Part shown: piece by piece, positions 16,875 through 20,000 of the stretch
How positions within the stretch are numbered: the stretch's first letter is position 1
Layout of the letters: each line of letters opens with the position of its first letter
Source: an uncultured virus (IMG/VR IMGVR_UViG_3300013815_000001)
Taxonomy: Duplodnaviria; Heunggongvirae; Uroviricota; Caudoviricetes
Virus record (IMG/VR): IMGVR_UViG_3300013815_000001
Direction: 5' to 3' (one strand)
DNA: 20,000 nucleotides
Program-made: the position numbers and the translations under genes
The notes under the pieces: model-generated
What the model was told of the DNA's origin: nothing
The model's database searches: none
Seen by the model: only the letters and a program-made list of their open reading frames with translations

Positions 16875-17081
16875 ATGCTGAACCTCGATTGTGTTCCCAT
16901 CTCAACTTATTGCAAAGAAACTGGCGAGACGCCTGATGCCATAACCAAACGTGTACAACGAGGCGTTTGGCGTGAAGGCGTTCAAGTGCTGAAGGTGGAA
17001 GGCGTTAAGGAAAGATGGATTGATCTTAATGAGGTTGCTAAATGGGCAAGACAGAGCTGCCAAAACTCCCGCGCGGCGTGA
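16875..17081 (+). CDS. xis: Excisionase
   Basis: Small wHTH-like protein (GVWREG..ERWIDLNEVAKWA) overlapping the int start; GGAGG RBS. Confidence 0.85.
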   Translation: MLNLDCVPISTYCKETGETPDAITKRVQRGVWREGVQVLKVEGVKERWIDLNEVAKWARQSCQNSRAA

Positions 17082-18253
17082 CCGTAAGAAAACACAGCCA
17101 GGGAGAGACAATTAATATTACTTTCACCTATAGAGGAGTTAAGTGCCGTGAGCCGCTCTCTAATCTTGAAGTGAACAGTAAGAACCTTAAATACGCCGAG
17201 CGAACCCTCGGCGAAATTTATAATAAAATTGAGCGCGGGACGTTCGTTTACGCTGAATACTTCCCGCGATCAGCGCGCCTGAAGATATTCGGAAATGCAG
17301 CTGCTGGTAAAACCGTCAAGATGTACCTGGACGAGTATATTGGCATTTGTGAAACACGAAAATTATCACCTTCGACTATCGGCGGTTATAAAAAATGCCG
17401 TAGCGCGCTGGCAGCCCTTCATTCATTGCCTGCAAGCGAGCTTACGCCGGCAGCAATGAAAGCATGGATCCAAAGCCGCACCACCACGCTAAAAACAATT
17501 CGTAATCAACTTTCTTTCCTGCGCTCAGCGCTTGATGAGGCTGTAACAGATGGCGTGCTCCAACTCAACCCGGTATCACTGGTAACTGCATCGCGGTATC
17601 AAAGCGATAAATCGACTGCTGACAGCGACTATATTGTCGATCCGCTTTCACCAGCAGAAATAGATGCCCTCCTATCCTCTGCCGGTAATAAGCAGTGGGA
17701 AAACCTGTTTATGTTCGCTATCCAGACAGGTTTACGCAGTTCAGAATTGTGCGCGCTGCGCTGGCGCGATATCGACTTCATTGGGAAAACTGCGCATGTT
17801 CAGAACGCGAGTGTAGTTGGCGTTATTAAGGGGACGAAAACAAAGGCAGGCACACGCAAAGTAGAACTTAACGATGTGGCGATGACAGTGTTAGCTAATC
17901 AGAAAACTTTCACCTTCATGAAAGATGCGACTATTTTTGAGGATCCGAAAACGAATAAGCCGTGGGCCAGCGCAGATGCGATCCGCAAAAAGGCCTGGGT
18001 CCCAACTTTGCGTAAAGCGGGGATCAGGTACCGCAACCCATACCAGACCCGGCATACATTTGCGACGCGCCACATCAGCCAAGGGGCAAACCTTTTCTGG
18101 CTCGCCGGGCAGATGGGGCATAAAGGACCCGAGATGCTTTTCAGACACTACGGTAGCTACCTCAAAGAATATGATGGTAAGGCGGCTATTGTGAAAAATA
18201 CAAGGAAAACACCTCCCATGACTCAAAAATCTGATGCTACCCTTAAGGTATGA
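17042..18253 (+). CDS. int: Tyrosine integrase with N-terminal arm-binding domain
   Basis: TGLRSSEL, KTKAG, YQTRHTFA, QMGH, HY catalytic motifs. Confidence 0.95.
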   Translation: MGKTELPKLPRGVTVRKHSQGETINITFTYRGVKCREPLSNLEVNSKNLKYAERTLGEIYNKIERGTFVYAEYFPRSARLKIFGNAAAGKTVKMYLDEYIGICETRKLSPSTIGGYKKCRSALAALHSLPASELTPAAMKAWIQSRTTTLKTIRNQLSFLRSALDEAVTDGVLQLNPVSLVTASRYQSDKSTADSDYIVDPLSPAEIDALLSSAGNKQWENLFMFAIQTGLRSSELCALRWRDIDFIGKTAHVQNASVVGVIKGTKTKAGTRKVELNDVAMTVLANQKTFTFMKDATIFEDPKTNKPWASADAIRKKAWVPTLRKAGIRYRNPYQTRHTFATRHISQGANLFWLAGQMGHKGPEMLFRHYGSYLKEYDGKAAIVKNTRKTPPMTQKSDATLKV

Positions 18254-18417
18254 CACAAGGCGTCAAAATCGCCTTTATATCCTGTAAGCGACTGATAAGT
18301 AAGGTATAAATGCCTAGGCAATAGCGGAGTTATAAATAAATATCTTGACATTGATTATGCCGTTGTTAATAAAGCACTTTTTTATCAATTCCTACCTTTA
18401 AGGTACTAAACTTATGC

Positions 18418-18447
18418 TTGAAAAAATGTGTCATAACCTGCTATAGT
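18418..18447 (+). promoter_or_regulatory. Putative sigma70 promoter of the peptide-DUF4760 unit
   Basis: TTGAAA-18 nt-TATAGT with extended -10 TG. Confidence 0.55.
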
Positions 18448-18518
18448 TGGCCCATAAAGCAATGGACAAATCAAAATTCATTAATTTTCAAGTGGATAGG
18501 AAACTGGAGGAATCGTAC

Positions 18519-18557
18519 ATGGCTCATTCTCTTAGCGTAGGTTTCGGCGAAGGCTAA
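18519..18557 (+). CDS. 12-aa peptide MAHSLSVGFGEG (31 aa if started at ATG 18462)
   Basis: GGAGG at 18506-18510, 8 nt before the ATG; followed by a hairpin. Confidence 0.55.
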   Translation: MAHSLSVGFGEG

Positions 18558-18585
18558 CCATCCGTCAAAAAATCGTTATGCAAGT

Positions 18586-18609
18586 AGACCTCCGTTTAGG
18601 GGGTCTTTT
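18586..18609 (+). terminator. Terminator/attenuator-like hairpin between peptide and DUF4760 gene
   Basis: AGACCTCC-GTTTA-GGGGGTCT-TTT. Confidence 0.55.
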
Positions 18610-18628
18610 GCTATGGGGGACAGAAAAA

Positions 18629-19555
18629 GTGGCGTCAAGAATGGTTATAATTACGTGCACGTTGTTTGTAATTATGATGTTAATCAGGGGCCTATACACT
18701 TATGCTTTTCCAGGCACAATCCCATTCAAAATGGACATTGTTGATTTCCTGATTGTTGCTTCAGGGGCCGGAAGCTTAGTATCATCAGTTTTTTGCTTCA
18801 TAAGAGCAAGATACCCGGATACTGTTGACTTTCTTCCTATTTTTAGTAGCGTCTGTTATGGCATTATATTGGCTGGATATGCAATACTGAGATACTATCC
18901 TACCTACCAAACTTCGCTTTCTATAATGGTTACCGGAATGCTTGTTGGTATGGGATGGTGGATACAATGTATAACATCTGCTGCAAACTCCCGCCGATCA
19001 CATACACTAAATATAATAATCAACACTCGTACTAGTCCGGAATATCAAAAACAACTACGTAATAGCACGAAATTTTATCGTGGCATGCGCTATGTTCCCC
19101 AAGAACTTTCTGAGTGGCGTTGCAACCCAGATAAAGATGAATATAAGAACATACTTGTGCCAGACGAATATCGAGATGCTATTAACGGGCTACTTTACAT
19201 CCTTAATTATTTCGAGTTTTTAGCTCAAGGCATTAAATTCAGAGATCTCGATGATAAATTGTTGAAAGAGTGCTTTTCTAGCTTTCTGAAAGGAATCGAA
19301 AGGAGAGGCTTTCATATGATTATTGAATCACAAAAACAAGATCGTCTTGCGTTTGAAGGCATTATTGAACTATCAAAAAAATGGAATGGTTCCTCTTTTG
19401 TAGAGATGCATAGGTCAAATCCGAACACAAGCGAGTTAGGTATTCCCTATCCTTCTAATGAAATAATTGAACGCATGATCGCCGGCAGGCCCTTGATTGA
19501 CTTGGAACCGGCTATAGTTTCTACACAAGAACAGGCCGGGCAGCCAGCCAGCTGA
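18629..19555 (+). CDS. Membrane protein with 4 N-terminal TMs and DUF4760-like C-terminal domain (probable GTG start)
   Basis: Four hydrophobic segments; RRSHTLNII, ILNYFEFLAQGIK..LDDKLLK..FEGIIELSKKW; GGGGGA RBS; low GC. Confidence 0.78.
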   Translation: MASRMVIITCTLFVIMMLIRGLYTYAFPGTIPFKMDIVDFLIVASGAGSLVSSVFCFIRARYPDTVDFLPIFSSVCYGIILAGYAILRYYPTYQTSLSIMVTGMLVGMGWWIQCITSAANSRRSHTLNIIINTRTSPEYQKQLRNSTKFYRGMRYVPQELSEWRCNPDKDEYKNILVPDEYRDAINGLLYILNYFEFLAQGIKFRDLDDKLLKECFSSFLKGIERRGFHMIIESQKQDRLAFEGIIELSKKWNGSSFVEMHRSNPNTSELGIPYPSNEIIERMIAGRPLIDLEPAIVSTQEQAGQPAS

Positions 19556-19650
19556 ATTGAAAAATGTATAGAAAAGCCGCCGCGAAAGAGCCGCGTACAA
19601 ATGAATGAAAAATAATATGAATTTATTCAATAAGTTACATTAATAAAGAG

Positions 19651-19678
19651 GCGGGTTCAACTCCCGCCAGCTCCACCA
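19651..19678 (+). repeat. att site: displaced 3' end of tmRNA (ssrA)
   Basis: GCGGGTTCAACTCCCGCCAGCTCCACCA equals the enterobacterial tmRNA T-arm/acceptor end; upstream sequence is not tmRNA. Confidence 0.9.
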
Positions 19679-19712
19679 CTTTTTAGTTGTTTGAAGTACA
19701 ATGAAGTCTACT

Positions 19713-19746
19713 AAGCCCGCACAGCACAAGCTCTGCGGGCTTTTTT
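19713..19746 (+). terminator. Terminator of the kind following ssrA in CP4-57-like islands
   Basis: AAGCCCGCA...TGCGGGCTTTTTT. Confidence 0.75.
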
Positions 19747-19842
19747 ACGTCTATTGTCGTCCAGTGAGAATTGCTGAGAACTATAAGTTATGGCACCCTG
19801 AATGGGACCCTCTAAGATGGGTCCAAAAACCGAGGGTCCCAA

Positions 19843-19878
19843 ATGGCAAAAATCGCTAAGAAACTCACTGACACTGAA
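19843..19878 (+). pseudogene. N-terminus of a P4/CP4-57-type integrase interrupted by an IS
   Basis: MAKIAKKLTDTE resembles IntA/SlpA-type starts; preceded by a TGGGACCCT...AGGGTCCCA inverted repeat. Confidence 0.72.
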
Positions 19879-20000
19879 TGACCTGCCCCCAGTATTAGAT
19901 ACAAGGCTCAGTTAGTAATGTCGGATCCTTCGCTCTCAGAATTATCCTTTCTCCAGCCCGCCACAAATTCAGACGGCGTCTGATAATTGAGCGCGGAGTG
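19879..20000 (-). mobile_element. IS3-family element (IS407-group-like), right end with transposase C-terminus (partial)
   Basis: Terminal TGACCTGCCCCCAGTATTAGATACA; minus-strand frame 20000-19908 reads HSALNYQTPSEFVAGWRK..DITN*. Confidence 0.85.

Larger units (their letters stand above)
1..19678. mobile_element. Lambdoid (SfV/ST64B/e14-like) prophage, right part; continues beyond the left window edge
   Basis: Canonical gene order att-int-xis-pL genes-cI/cro-replication-Q-pR'-lysis; ends at a tmRNA 3'-end duplicate. Confidence 0.95.

Noticed and set aside
461..17111. Numerous antisense or alternate-frame ORFs in the track (e.g. 461..1102, 10091..10726, 14625..15029)
   Set aside because: Shadow ORFs of well-supported GC-rich phage genes, with no RBS or motifs
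18578..18628. N-terminal extension MQVDLRLGG of the DUF4760-like ORF
   Set aside because: No RBS and it spans the hairpin; GTG 18629 has a well-spaced GGGGGA
19651..19678. Complete tRNA or tmRNA gene
   Set aside because: Only the T-arm and 3' acceptor strand are present; upstream sequence is AT-rich and unrelated

Overview
The window is the early/regulatory half of a lambdoid prophage of the SfV/ST64B/P27/e14 type in an enterobacterium. Its right end is a 28-nt copy of the tmRNA (ssrA) 3' end at 19651-19678. Reading from the right: att site, a 12-aa peptide ORF plus a 4-TM DUF4760-like cargo gene, int-xis, the pL operon (yfdP/yfdQ-like and hypotheticals), the cI/cro switch, the pR operon (ymfL, ymfM/DUF4222, initiator with iterons, PerC, Dam, LexA-HTH, RusA, DUF968, Q), pR', cargo genes, lysis genes (two holin-like genes, GH19 endolysin, Rz/Rz1), a Rha/ANT protein, two small paralog-like genes and a two-domain glycosyltransferase. 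Beyond the att site a CP4-57-like integrase start is interrupted by an IS3-family element. Most notable: (1) an unannotated promoter-peptide (MAHSLSVGFGEG)-terminator-DUF4760 module; (2) a late-operon double glycosyltransferase resembling mycobacteriophage virion glycosyltransferases; (3) two stacked pR'-cargo-holin cassettes, shown by decayed pR' and holin copies, one carrying an RNase A-like toxin/immunity pair; (4) a recurring TGCAG hairpin plus GTGGAG box in both early operons of a phage with no recognisable N gene. All family assignments come from motif recognition and recall, not from database searches.
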